26,539 nucleotides of DNA from a virus (taxonomy: Duplodnaviria; Caudoviricetes). The stretch spans positions 1 to 26,539 of the IMG/VR virus record IMGVR_UViG_3300012346_000108; one strand, 5' to 3'. A program made the position numbers and the translations under genes. The first letter of the stretch is position 1. Every line of letters begins with the position of its first letter. Under the pieces are notes generated by a model, which was not told the origin of the DNA, did not search any database, and saw nothing but the letters and a program-made list of their open reading frames with translations. Below, in pieces: positions 8,001-17,752 of this stretch.

Positions 8001-8668
8001 AGCGTCAACAAGCTTATGCTACTGCATTTGAAGACATATTCAAAGGTATGGGTGATGCGATTATTGATTTTGCTTTAACTGGTAAAACATCTTTTGGTGA
8101 TTTAACTAAATCAATATTGACCAATTTACTTAAGATGGAAATGCAAATGCAAATGTCTAGCATCTACAAAAACATGGGTGGTGTAGGTGGAATTGTTGGT
8201 GCTATATCTGGTAATGGATTTAACGTTTCAACAGCTTCCACATATGGTACGAATGTTGGTAGTCAACAGACTTCAATGCTTGCTGCACAAGAAGCTGGTA
8301 TGTTTCCTTTCGCTAAGGGTGGTACATTCACAAATAGTATCGTAGATAGTCCTACAATGTTTAAGTTTGCTAAAGGTACTGGTCTAATGGGTGAAGCTGG
8401 TCCTGAAGCTATTATGCCACTACGTAGAGGTGCTGATGGTTCTCTAGGTGTTACCGCTGCAGGTAGTTCTTCAAATGTGCAAGTCGTTGTGAACAACAAT
8501 GGTTCTTCAACTGCTAGTGCAAAAGAGACTACTGATAGTCGTGGTAACAGAAGAATTGAAGTTACGATTGGTGATATGATTGCTGCTGAAGTAAATAGAA
8601 AAGGTAGTGGTATTAATCAAACAATCATGAATAATACTGGTTCTAAAAACCAAATTGTAAGGAGATAA
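5015..8668 (+). CDS. Tape measure protein (lambda gpH-like)
   Basis: 1217 aa, Ala/Lys/Glu-rich and helical; QITDIGVGLATGQSPMMVLLQQGGQLRDQF motif; C-terminal FAKGG...MGEAGPEAIMPL motif. Confidence 0.95.
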   Translation: MDLAELKFVVLTDDLEKAATRIKELGTEVSKLNKPMQDLSKESAKSNKELSKTEEAAAKAALAQLKLEQAQAKSAEATGKSASVLERQNLILEYMAQGNSKGQASILATAKAAGALDGDMLALNQTLKTQRTLIGGDPFDKSIGLMQKLQNEYKTTLEVTTLFNRNLGLTEKQMIDLAREKQRLIALYGIEGRDIKELAGEYDELIRKSVMLNQANDTRTNTMRQQVKTQNDAAKAEQYIANEMDRVNRLTESNGAITSGTNSKLMKFEAALKQTGMSASAQTAALEKYKESLLSIQKASGNRQVDYLSRALGPQITDIGVGLATGQSPMMVLLQQGGQLRDQFALAGIAGKDMGDMLVKSAGGMVTSIKDVSLAVGQVFVKSIMGVGTAVVDGIISPFKRLSEARAALKQLDEGLISNLRYARLMEVASGRMYQSLISFGKVGATAAVAGLVMLGKGLYDVIKEQDAMTVQLVSTGASLGVNTTAAISYANSLNDIGITTGSALKVMQSMAKEGGFVAGEINMIVTSANNLKLAGVAVEDTVKQFAKLKEKPVEALLEIAKSTGMVSPEITKLVYQLVEQGKTSEAAAIAMKAYADVTVQQKDRLKTELSDFALFMKSLSSNVGEFFDDVFRGLWRKTSPSEALKREIADLENTIKMGTEASPATRAKNDATLIALKEQLKLTKQASDADQTRLSDQARNARLYQDFIKDNTAFATNQMKREKELAEAKTRNDQLIAAGTITKAQAETQYQNIREKYKDPKPETDKFANALETAKKFYQGQVGAVDELTKSEIALNKVRESKEYKGFTADQKKQIDALYEQASANEKLVKSEKDKVIQMAAIEGLTSKASNFGKEYYTTLKQLDNAYVDGNISLEKYIELLNLLYKTTPEAKRRLSVETENAKIMAGLNVERTAVADQYGGDFKTSDQKAAIKNLSDYRKKIADADAQYAKQLSDAGKNITTEETAMYKAQADEKKALADDVYKREQYLLSDGYKRQQAYATAFEDIFKGMGDAIIDFALTGKTSFGDLTKSILTNLLKMEMQMQMSSIYKNMGGVGGIVGAISGNGFNVSTASTYGTNVGSQQTSMLAAQEAGMFPFAKGGTFTNSIVDSPTMFKFAKGTGLMGEAGPEAIMPLRRGADGSLGVTAAGSSSNVQVVVNNNGSSTASAKETTDSRGNRRIEVTIGDMIAAEVNRKGSGINQTIMNNTGSKNQIVRR

Positions 8669-8669
8669 T

Positions 8670-9035
8670 ATGGCATATAGTTATGTATGGCCTGTCAGTC
8701 TACCACAGAAGCCCAATACGGATTATTCTGAGACTGGTGGCGTACTTATTGTTAGATCGCCAATGGATGCGGGTCCAGCTAAACAAAGAAAGATTGGCAA
8801 TAGACCTCAAACGTTATCTTTAACATTTGATATGAAAGATGCTCAAGTAGTAACTTTTGAAGATTTTGTAAAGACAACACTTAAAGGTACTGCTAGATTC
8901 GGATTTACACATCCTCGTTTAAATGAAACAGTAGAAGTTCGGATCATTCCATCTGGTGATGGTCAGTTATATAATATAGCTTATTTATCAGTTGGTTATT
9001 GGAAAATATCTTTAACTGTGGAGATTTTACCTTGA
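8670..9035 (+). CDS. Minor tail protein (distal tail-like)
   Basis: WP.SLPQ...RSPMDAGPAKQR...F.FTHP pattern; immediately after the tape measure. Confidence 0.7.
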   Translation: MAYSYVWPVSLPQKPNTDYSETGGVLIVRSPMDAGPAKQRKIGNRPQTLSLTFDMKDAQVVTFEDFVKTTLKGTARFGFTHPRLNETVEVRIIPSGDGQLYNIAYLSVGYWKISLTVEILP

Positions 9036-9541
9036 GTAGAACAATAAGTCCTGCAGCTTTAAAGGCTGTATTGTCTCAGGAAAGCGACTCCACTCTAATT
9101 ATCTTATTGACATTATCTGGTGGGGGTATCACAACCCCTATCAGATTGTGTGATAATTATTTACAGAGAATAAGCGAAACAGCAGATACCGAAACATACG
9201 GTGTAGTCAGTAGAGGTTTAAATTTTCAATTTTTACCAATGCAGATTTCACTACCAAACGAAGAGACAGGTGCATTGCCAAGAGCAAACATTACTGTCTT
9301 TGATGTTACAAAAATTGTACTACCTAGTTTAAGAAACTTAAATGCACCACCTTCTGTATTGATTGAATTGGTATCTAGTGATTCTCCGAATACAGTAGAA
9401 GCTGATTTTTCAGGATTGAAGTTAGCAAGTGTTTCTTATACTAAGGATTCTTTAACAGGTCAATTAGTCATGGATGGTCTAGAAACTGAACCTTTTCCTT
9501 GTCATGCCTTTTTACCTAGCTCTTTTCCGGGATTATTTTAA
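9032..9541 (+). CDS. Minor tail / tail hub protein (DUF1833-like)
   Basis: VSRGLNFQFLPMQISLP and EPFP...F.PSSFPGLF motifs. Start reassigned to TTG 9032 (TTGA overlap with the upstream stop, GGAG at 9020-9023). Confidence 0.7.
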   Translation: MSRTISPAALKAVLSQESDSTLIILLTLSGGGITTPIRLCDNYLQRISETADTETYGVVSRGLNFQFLPMQISLPNEETGALPRANITVFDVTKIVLPSLRNLNAPPSVLIELVSSDSPNTVEADFSGLKLASVSYTKDSLTGQLVMDGLETEPFPCHAFLPSSFPGLF

Positions 9542-12500
9542 TGAAAAATTGGTGGAACAAATATGTAGGTATTCCTTACAAATTACATGGTAGAGATACT
9601 GATGGTTTAGATTGTTGGGGATTAGTACGTCTTGTTTATAAAGACGAGAAAAGTATTGATCTACCAAGTTTATCCCAAGAATATTATTCTTCAGATAACT
9701 TTAAACAAAATGAAGAAGTAATTTCAAACAATAATGAAAACTGGTATTTATCTGAAGATTATACAATAGGAGATGTTGTATTATTTAGAATCAATGGTGC
9801 AGAATCACACGTAGGTATTGTAATTGATGAAAATAGATTCTTGCACTCCAAAGAAGGTGTAGGAGTAACAATTGAAAAGTTGAACTCCAATCAATGGAGA
9901 AAAAGAATTGCTGGTTTCTATAAATATAATAATCCAGTTGAAGCTTACATTCATGCAGCAATGCATCCATTAAAAACAGCTCGATTAGATTTGATTGCAT
10001 CTCCCGGTCAGACTTTACAAGAAATTGTAGATTCACTTCAAACTAAATATGGTATTAATTCTAAGATTTTTAATAATCATATTCTTTTTCTTGATGGTTA
10101 TCCAATTGCGAAAGAACAATGGTCTGATATTCGATTAAAAGAAGGTCAACACGTAGATTATCGTGTTGTTCCAACTGGTAGTGGTAGTGGTAGATTACTT
10201 GCTACACTAGCTCTTGTTGCTGTAGCATGGTGGGCGGCTCCTTATATTGCGGGTGCTGCTCTTGGTGTAGGTGGTGCTGGCGTTGGAGCAGCAGGATATG
10301 GTGCGCTTGGTGCTGCTGTAACTGCAGGTTCCGTAACTGCTGGTTCTGTAGCTTTGGCTACAAGTTTAGCTACAATGGGTATTAATGTAGTTGGTGGTTT
10401 ACTAATCAATGCAATCTTTCCTGTTAGAGAAAATAAGTCTGAACCAGTACAGTTTAGAAATACAAATCTTTTACAAGGTGGTAGTAATCAAGAAAATCCA
10501 TATGGCGCTATTCCCGTAGTTTTAGGTAGAGTTAGATACACTCCACCATTGGGTGCTAAAACTTTTATCGAGAACAGTGGTGATACTTCTTATATGCGAA
10601 TGCTTGCTGTATGGGGTTATGGTCCTCTTCAAATTAGTAACATGCGCTTAGGAAATGTACCTTTAGAATACTACGATGAAATTGAACATCAGACGTTGTA
10701 TGGTACAGATGATGATACAACCGAAGCTGTGAGAACCTTCGATTCTATTTATGGTCGTGATGTTACACAACAAGCACCTAATCATACATTAAGTTGTCAA
10801 CGTCAGCTTGTATCCTCTGTTACTGTTACAAATAATGATACATTTACTGTAACAATCAATGGTCAAGGTGATGCTGCAAAAGTTCATGGTTTACAACTAA
10901 ACGATCCTATCCAAACTCTGTTTTATTATACTTCGATAACTATTGATCCAGAAACAAGTGAACCAATTGGTACATTAATAAGAGTAGATAATTTAGTAGT
11001 TACGGATATTATAAATGATACTGAATTTGTGTGTACTGTCTCAAGTGGTAGTTATGCAAACGGTACTTATTCAGATCAAACAAGTCTTGCATTTAAACCA
11101 TATTTTATTGGTGGAAATCCTTATTTTGAAACTAACATTACTCAAGACGTAGATAGAATATCAGTTACTTTAGCACTACCTCAAGGTCTTTACGGTGTTA
11201 GAGAGGAAAATGGTAGCACATCAGCATTGGATATGAAAGTTTCAATTCAAATAAGACCTGTTGGAGAAACATCTTGGAATGAAGCATCTGAGAAAATTTC
11301 AGGAAGAACTTTTAACTTTAGTAAAGCTTACTATAATATTGATAATGATGCTGAACTAGAAAAAGTATATCAGTGGCACTATGTAAATATTGATAGTAAT
11401 GGTAAGGCTGTAATTAGATCGGGTTCTATTACAAATAATAAAACATCTAATCCATCAGGAACAATGCTCCAGCGTTTACAACAACTAGAGGGTGTTGGCT
11501 TTGATGATATGTCATTTAATTATTTACCTAGCGTTCAAAGTCAAGAAGAAACCATGTATAAAATTTGTGTATATGGTGATAACATTACTGATGTAATTGA
11601 TAATAGAAGTACAGCAGCTATTACTGGTTGTGATTCAAGTATCGCTCCCGGAACAGGTTTAACTGCAGGATTATCTTTATCATTTGATGATGGTGTAATT
11701 GTAAGAATTAATGAAACCGATCCTTATTATGATCTATCTAAAGGTAGTTTCATCATTAAAGACATTGTTAAATATGGTTATTCTAAGACTATTTACTTTA
11801 ATGTATCTAGAGGTCCATATGAAATTAGAGTTAAGCGAACAAGTTCCAATACACATTTAACTGACCAAATCATGGATACCTGTGTATTAGCTTATATTAC
11901 AGGTTATACTTATGTAAGACCTATTTCTTTACCAAAAGATAGTTTTGGAGATACAATCAAAGTTGCAAGAACAGCGATGAAGATTAGAGCCACAGGTCAG
12001 ATCAGTGGTCAGGTGGAAGGCGTAACAGCTACTGTACAAACTCTTGGTGAAGATTATGTAGATGGTACATGGGTTGATGGTTTACCAATTAGAAATCCTG
12101 CTGCGTTGTTCCGACATGTACTAAAACATCAAGGAAATGCAAAGTCATCTTCTGTTCAAATAGATGAATCTTCTATTGCAGAATGGTATACTTATTGCAA
12201 AACTAATAATTTCAATTTTGATACTGTTGTTTTAGAGCAAAAATCTTTACTTGAAATTCTAAAAGATATTGCTGCAGCAGGTAGAGGTTCGCCAACGATT
12301 GTAGATGGTAAATGGTCAGTTGTTGTAGATAAACCCAATGAAGTTATTTCTCAGCACTTTACACCTCATAATTCTTGGGGCTTTGAAGGGGTTCGAGCAT
12401 TCCCACAATTACCACATGCTTTTAGAATTAACTTTAATAATTCTGAAAAAGGTTTTCAACCTGACGAAATGATTGTGTACAATGATGGTTATACTTCAAG

Positions 12501-15500
12501 TAACACTACACTCTTTGAAACAATTGAATTTCCCGGAGTAACTGAACCTAAGACAATTTACAAACATGCTAGATTTCATCTCGCTCAGTTAAAACTTCGT
12601 CCAGAAACTTATACCTTGAATGCAGATATTGAATCAATTCTATGCACAAGAGGTGATAGAGTGAAAGTTGTACACGATGTTCCTCAATGGGGAATTGATA
12701 GTGCAAGAGTCAATAATGTAATTGCATACAATGGAGATTCTGGAACACGTTTAGTTTTGAATGAATCTTTACCAATGGATGCGGGTATGATCTATGCTGC
12801 TAGAATTAGAAGAGATGATAATACGAGTTTTGTAAAAAATGTTCGTCCTATAAGTTCTACTGTTCTAGTTGTAGCTACTGCATCTGAATTGAGCACTCTA
12901 ACTTATTCAAGTATTAGTGTTGGTGATAGAGTATATGTAACTGATCAAGATTTGTACTTAGCAGTAATATCCTCTGATACCAATGAGTATTTGTATGACT
13001 TTACTTCTACTGGTGGAGTTAAATTTGATTATGCAAATGAGTATATCAATTCTTCTCCAACAAAGGAAACAGCAACTACAAATAGTCAAGCAACAACAAT
13101 GGCTAATAATCTTACTGCTATGACTGGTTATGCTTTGACAGCAGGAACAACAGGTGGTACAGGTTATTCTACATATTGGGTTACTAATTCCGAAGAAGGT
13201 GTAACTGAAGGTAGTTTAAGATGGGCACTTCAGCAAGCTGGAAACGCAGGTGGTGGTATTGTACTATTTGAACCAGCAGGTAAATTTGATATTTATTTAA
13301 CTACTCAGCTTATCATATTGGATAACATTACAATTGATGCGCCGGGAAGAAACGTAAATATTTGGGCAGCAGCAGATGTAACTAGATTTAAAGTTACTGG
13401 TAAGAATATTGTAATCCGTAGATTGCAGTTTGGTGCTACAAGTGATGCTAAAACAGATACACTAAGAGACAGTCTCTGGATTGAACCATCGTTATCAGAT
13501 AAGATTTGGGTTAACGAATGTTCTTTCCATTCTTCTGGTGATGGATGTATTGATATTACCACTTTATCAGAATTAACTTTAAACTGCAGAGTTACAGTTT
13601 CTAATTGTTATTTCAATAATCATGACAAGGGTTCATTAATTGGTTCTCTAGCATGTTATCAAGTTGCTGGTCAACCTTCATGGTGTCCAACTGCTTTGTC
13701 AAGTCAGACAGTTAGATTATTTGTTACAATGCAAAAGAACTTCTGGAATTCTGTTGGTCAAAGACAACCAAAGGTGGTCAGTCAAGCATTCGTGGATAGT
13801 ATCAATAACGTTCATAACATGGAACCCTATGTCAGAGAAGATGGTAGTATTGGTGCTTGTTATGGTTTATTGACTGCTACGGGTGGTCTAGCACGATCTA
13901 CTAATGATTTGTATATTGCTGCATCAGGCTCTGGATATTCTGGAGTTAGCGCAGTAAGACAAACATATGTCCCTCCTTCAGTTGGAGTACTTACAGTAGA
14001 AGGTAATGGTGCTGTTGATTTAAATGGTGCAGTAAGTTCAAATGGTATTACATTAGATGAATACGATGCTAGTCTCGTACCAACTACTCCTTACACAATA
14101 ACTCCAATAGCTATCACTAATACCCCAACAGGTATTGATACTTTTATTAGTACAATTGAAACTACAGCAGGTGCATCTTCAAGAAATCCTAAGTATGATA
14201 TTTATTCAACAAGTTTACCTGATGGATATTATAATACTGTTGAGTTAGTTACTTTCTCAGCAGGTTCATATGTTCCTTATGACGCAACTGATGATAATTT
14301 GAATCCAGATGATTTAGTTTTATTTGGAAAAAATAATTTAGAGTCTGTTGATTTAATTGTTCAATCAATTGAGCCAATGGATAAATTATCTGCAAAACTA
14401 ACACTTGTAGACTATTCACCTGAAATTTATAACTCAGATACTGAAGTTATACCTGCATTTGATAGTCAAATTACAACACCTCCAAAACTATTACAAAGAG
14501 TTATTACTTACAAACCAACAATAAGAGTTGATAATATTGTCAGTAATGAAACTGTTATGGAAAAAGTAGGACCGTTAAGTTTTGTTTATAAAATGTTTGT
14601 TCCAATTGAACCATTTAATTTGTTGAATTCTTCTGAGAAAATTGATGCTGCTGAAGCTGAAGTAAAATTAACTACTGGTAGTGTATGGCAAAATACTCAA
14701 AGAATCAGATTGGAAGATAAAGGTTTTCTTTTCTCTAATCTATCTGAACAAGAATCTTATGATATTCGAGTAAGATATGTTTCTTCTTCTGGTATGGTTG
14801 GATCATGGTCTGACATAGCTACACATACTGTTGTTGGTAAGCAAACTCCACCTCAAACGGTAAATACTGTAACAGTAACTGCTGAAGGTGACTTATTACG
14901 ATTTAAGTGGGAGCCTAATCCTGAAATTGACATTGTAAATTATGAAGTTCGTGAAGATACTAACTTTGGTACAAGCGGTTTCTTATATCTAGGTCAATCA
15001 CCAACTTGCACAGTAATTGCACCAGTTGCTTCTACCGCAAAAACTTGGTATGTAAAAGCTATTGACTCAGCTAATCTATACAGTCAGACAGCTAGATCAA
15101 TTAATTTTACAGTACAAAAACCATTGAGCATTCCGTATGTTTCTCAAAAGGTTGTTAAGACTAATCGCACAACTGTAGAGTTATCCGTAGATTGGGCAGA
15201 TGTTGCTCCAACTACTTATAATATTGCAGGATATGAAATTAGACTTACAAATTCTGATTGGGGTACAAATACCGATTATGTTTATAAGGGTAGAGCAACA
15301 TCTGCTAGATTAACAGGTGTAGATTCTAGTACAAACACTACTTATTATATTAAGTCATTTGATGAAAATAATAATTATAGTAATACTGCTTATGAATTTA
15401 TTCATGATGTAACTTATCCAGATACAATGTCATCTGCTTCTGTAAGCACAACTAGAGTTAAATCTGATCTTAGATTTGAAATACTCACTGCTCCTGCAAT

Positions 15501-15774
15501 ACCAAATGACTTTGAAACATATGAGTTTAGAGTAGGTAAAGTAGAAGTTGGTGGTATTCCTGATGGAACTACTGATAATTTTTGGGATAACCCAAATGTT
15601 GTTGTGATAGAGTCTACAATAAATAAAGCTTCTTTAAGTCTTGCTTTATTTGATTCGCCACGGTATACTAATGAAGGTCTTAAATACCGAGTAGCCGTAA
15701 GGATGAGAGATAGAAGTGGAAACTATTCAGAAGCTTCGGCTCTTGGTTCTATTGTAGTAACAAAAATAACATAA
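9541..15774 (+). CDS. Central tail tip / host-specificity protein: NlpC/P60 + gpI-like + gpJ-like fusion with internal pectate-lyase-like domain and C-terminal FN3-like repeats
   Basis: N-terminal GLDCWGLV...HVGI...FLHS (NlpC/P60); Gly/Ala-rich hydrophobic segment; PYGAIPVVLG and RNPA tip motifs; PL1 motifs at about 13120-14180; beta-sandwich repeats at the C-terminus. Confidence 0.85.
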   Translation: MKNWWNKYVGIPYKLHGRDTDGLDCWGLVRLVYKDEKSIDLPSLSQEYYSSDNFKQNEEVISNNNENWYLSEDYTIGDVVLFRINGAESHVGIVIDENRFLHSKEGVGVTIEKLNSNQWRKRIAGFYKYNNPVEAYIHAAMHPLKTARLDLIASPGQTLQEIVDSLQTKYGINSKIFNNHILFLDGYPIAKEQWSDIRLKEGQHVDYRVVPTGSGSGRLLATLALVAVAWWAAPYIAGAALGVGGAGVGAAGYGALGAAVTAGSVTAGSVALATSLATMGINVVGGLLINAIFPVRENKSEPVQFRNTNLLQGGSNQENPYGAIPVVLGRVRYTPPLGAKTFIENSGDTSYMRMLAVWGYGPLQISNMRLGNVPLEYYDEIEHQTLYGTDDDTTEAVRTFDSIYGRDVTQQAPNHTLSCQRQLVSSVTVTNNDTFTVTINGQGDAAKVHGLQLNDPIQTLFYYTSITIDPETSEPIGTLIRVDNLVVTDIINDTEFVCTVSSGSYANGTYSDQTSLAFKPYFIGGNPYFETNITQDVDRISVTLALPQGLYGVREENGSTSALDMKVSIQIRPVGETSWNEASEKISGRTFNFSKAYYNIDNDAELEKVYQWHYVNIDSNGKAVIRSGSITNNKTSNPSGTMLQRLQQLEGVGFDDMSFNYLPSVQSQEETMYKICVYGDNITDVIDNRSTAAITGCDSSIAPGTGLTAGLSLSFDDGVIVRINETDPYYDLSKGSFIIKDIVKYGYSKTIYFNVSRGPYEIRVKRTSSNTHLTDQIMDTCVLAYITGYTYVRPISLPKDSFGDTIKVARTAMKIRATGQISGQVEGVTATVQTLGEDYVDGTWVDGLPIRNPAALFRHVLKHQGNAKSSSVQIDESSIAEWYTYCKTNNFNFDTVVLEQKSLLEILKDIAAAGRGSPTIVDGKWSVVVDKPNEVISQHFTPHNSWGFEGVRAFPQLPHAFRINFNNSEKGFQPDEMIVYNDGYTSSNTTLFETIEFPGVTEPKTIYKHARFHLAQLKLRPETYTLNADIESILCTRGDRVKVVHDVPQWGIDSARVNNVIAYNGDSGTRLVLNESLPMDAGMIYAARIRRDDNTSFVKNVRPISSTVLVVATASELSTLTYSSISVGDRVYVTDQDLYLAVISSDTNEYLYDFTSTGGVKFDYANEYINSSPTKETATTNSQATTMANNLTAMTGYALTAGTTGGTGYSTYWVTNSEEGVTEGSLRWALQQAGNAGGGIVLFEPAGKFDIYLTTQLIILDNITIDAPGRNVNIWAAADVTRFKVTGKNIVIRRLQFGATSDAKTDTLRDSLWIEPSLSDKIWVNECSFHSSGDGCIDITTLSELTLNCRVTVSNCYFNNHDKGSLIGSLACYQVAGQPSWCPTALSSQTVRLFVTMQKNFWNSVGQRQPKVVSQAFVDSINNVHNMEPYVREDGSIGACYGLLTATGGLARSTNDLYIAASGSGYSGVSAVRQTYVPPSVGVLTVEGNGAVDLNGAVSSNGITLDEYDASLVPTTPYTITPIAITNTPTGIDTFISTIETTAGASSRNPKYDIYSTSLPDGYYNTVELVTFSAGSYVPYDATDDNLNPDDLVLFGKNNLESVDLIVQSIEPMDKLSAKLTLVDYSPEIYNSDTEVIPAFDSQITTPPKLLQRVITYKPTIRVDNIVSNETVMEKVGPLSFVYKMFVPIEPFNLLNSSEKIDAAEAEVKLTTGSVWQNTQRIRLEDKGFLFSNLSEQESYDIRVRYVSSSGMVGSWSDIATHTVVGKQTPPQTVNTVTVTAEGDLLRFKWEPNPEIDIVNYEVREDTNFGTSGFLYLGQSPTCTVIAPVASTAKTWYVKAIDSANLYSQTARSINFTVQKPLSIPYVSQKVVKTNRTTVELSVDWADVAPTTYNIAGYEIRLTNSDWGTNTDYVYKGRATSARLTGVDSSTNTTYYIKSFDENNNYSNTAYEFIHDVTYPDTMSSASVSTTRVKSDLRFEILTAPAIPNDFETYEFRVGKVEVGGIPDGTTDNFWDNPNVVVIESTINKASLSLALFDSPRYTNEGLKYRVAVRMRDRSGNYSEASALGSIVVTKIT

Positions 15775-15783
15775 AGGAAAAAT

Positions 15784-17751
15784 ATGGTCGCAACCGTCAC
15801 ACCTAGTATTGGGTCATTGATTTTAAGTATTGATGATCCAGTACGTGACGATTTGACTGCAGTTAAAGTATGGGTTTCTACCGTTGATGGTTTTACACCA
15901 AGTTCTAGCAACTTGGTTTTCAACGGTAAAGCCTTTACTATTGTGCTTTCAAATCTTACTCCATTGGTTACTTATTATATTAAGTATGCCTATATTTCTG
16001 AAATTGACGTAGGTGATTATAATCTTTCTACACAATTATCAGGTGTACCAAATAAAGTAGATGGTACTTTACTCGCAGATGTATTACAAGGTAAAACTAT
16101 TCTTACCAGTGGTGCAGAAATTGTAGGTGATACTGTATTTTCAAGTTTCACAACTACACATACTGTAGAACTAACTAACATCTTAGATTTTCCTCCTGTT
16201 GGTACAGCTTATGTAGTATCTAAGAATGTGGGTACTGTTCAAGTAATTCGTTATAATGGAATTGATACAAATACACTTAGTTTGTTAAATGTATCTGGAC
16301 TTACCAGTAATTTATATTCAGGAAGTATTATTATTCCTAGTATTACCACAGGTGTTGCTGTAAATTCATATTCTGGTTCTGGAACTATTACAGATTTACA
16401 ATGTGTTGATGGTGAAGGTTCCACTTCTTATTTTAGATCAGCAGGTGGAAATGCTTTGCTTCTAATTGGTAATTACTTTATAGGTGGTACAACTGGACAG
16501 GCTCTGAGTTTTTCATATACAGGTTCTACTTATTCAACAAGTGCTTCTGGTCGTTCTATTACTGGAATATCTGGACTGAGTTCTTGGACACAAAGTGATA
16601 ATCCTCAGCATTACATATTAGATGATTTTGGTTATCCAACAATTACTTTAGCTAGTTCTTTTACTGGTACACAATTAAGTGTTGGTACTAATAGTTATAT
16701 TGAAAAATATGGTAGGGTAATGTTTATTAGACTGGGTGTAACATCTAATATTTATGTGTATGAGTATAGTTCTTATACTTCAGGTAATCTAAACTTTTTA
16801 ACACCAATAACTTTATCATCTGGTAGTTATGTATTAATTCCTTTAGATACAATCTCTTCTATTGGTGCTAATGGTATTATTTCTGTTTCGAACATGGATG
16901 ATCTTGGAATCACAAGACAGAGAACTATAAATAATATACAAGCTAAAAAATTAGTTGTAACAAATAAAACTCGTGATGATTTATCCGGAACTGTTAAAGC
17001 TATAGCTGGAAGACATTCTATTCCTTTGAGGTTAGAAAATGAAACAAATGATAGTAATTTAGCTCAACCAGTTGTTTCTAGTACTAGTTTTATTAATACT
17101 GGTTCAACAGCACCTACTAATAGTTGGTTTCCCGGAGACTTTAGTATTCAGCAACTATCCCCTGTATCTTATCCGAGTATAGTATTACCTGAATTAGATG
17201 CAAATACATTTTTTAGAATTGGTGATATTGATGTTACAACATCTACAAGTAGAAATAGATATGTAATTCCTTGTGGACCTGTTGTTTATTTTAGTTCTGA
17301 ACCAATGTATGAAGATGGTCCTAGAATCAAATACGATGATGTAACGGGTTATTCATTCTATAGTACAAGTACAACAGAAGCTAAACTCGCAAACGTATCA
17401 GTATATGGTTTGACTACTGTAAGAGGTTTGAATATGACTCCTACAAGTATTGTACCAACTTCTGGTGGATCAACATCATTGACTACTGCTGCAAATACTA
17501 TATTGTTTAGACATTCTTCGACAATTGCTTCTTATACTTTAACATTACCTTCTGGTAGTGCAGCAAATCATGGAATGACTATCACTCTTGGTACTCGTTC
17601 TGCAATTACATCTTTGACTGTGAATGCTGCTGCTGCTGATAATGGAGTAACACCTGTTATTTATGGTAATATCACTACATTACCAGTAGGTGGTTTTGCC
17701 ACTTTCACTTTCTGGTATAGTACAACACCTCAATGGATTAGGACAGGTTAA
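15784..17751 (+). CDS. Putative tail fibre / receptor-binding protein
   Basis: 655 aa, Ser/Thr/Gly-rich; N-terminal FN3-like segment (VSTVDGFTPSSSNLV); C-terminal TLTLP...G.TIT...WIRTG beta domain; follows the tail tip gene. Confidence 0.65.
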   Translation: MVATVTPSIGSLILSIDDPVRDDLTAVKVWVSTVDGFTPSSSNLVFNGKAFTIVLSNLTPLVTYYIKYAYISEIDVGDYNLSTQLSGVPNKVDGTLLADVLQGKTILTSGAEIVGDTVFSSFTTTHTVELTNILDFPPVGTAYVVSKNVGTVQVIRYNGIDTNTLSLLNVSGLTSNLYSGSIIIPSITTGVAVNSYSGSGTITDLQCVDGEGSTSYFRSAGGNALLLIGNYFIGGTTGQALSFSYTGSTYSTSASGRSITGISGLSSWTQSDNPQHYILDDFGYPTITLASSFTGTQLSVGTNSYIEKYGRVMFIRLGVTSNIYVYEYSSYTSGNLNFLTPITLSSGSYVLIPLDTISSIGANGIISVSNMDDLGITRQRTINNIQAKKLVVTNKTRDDLSGTVKAIAGRHSIPLRLENETNDSNLAQPVVSSTSFINTGSTAPTNSWFPGDFSIQQLSPVSYPSIVLPELDANTFFRIGDIDVTTSTSRNRYVIPCGPVVYFSSEPMYEDGPRIKYDDVTGYSFYSTSTTEAKLANVSVYGLTTVRGLNMTPTSIVPTSGGSTSLTTAANTILFRHSSTIASYTLTLPSGSAANHGMTITLGTRSAITSLTVNAAAADNGVTPVIYGNITTLPVGGFATFTFWYSTTPQWIRTG

Positions 17752-17752
17752 T

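Noticed and set aside
8263-8499. Minus-strand 78-aa ORF
   Set aside because: Antisense shadow of the conserved tape measure C-terminus.
10200-10400. Low-complexity GGT/GCT-rich stretch suggesting a repeat
   Set aside because: Explained by the Gly/Ala-rich hydrophobic segment of the tail tip protein; no discrete repeat unit.
9791-15923. Short alternative ORFs at 9791-10036, 13305-13562, 13664-13873 and 15723-15923
   Set aside because: Nested in or antisense to the long tail genes, with no recognisable motifs.
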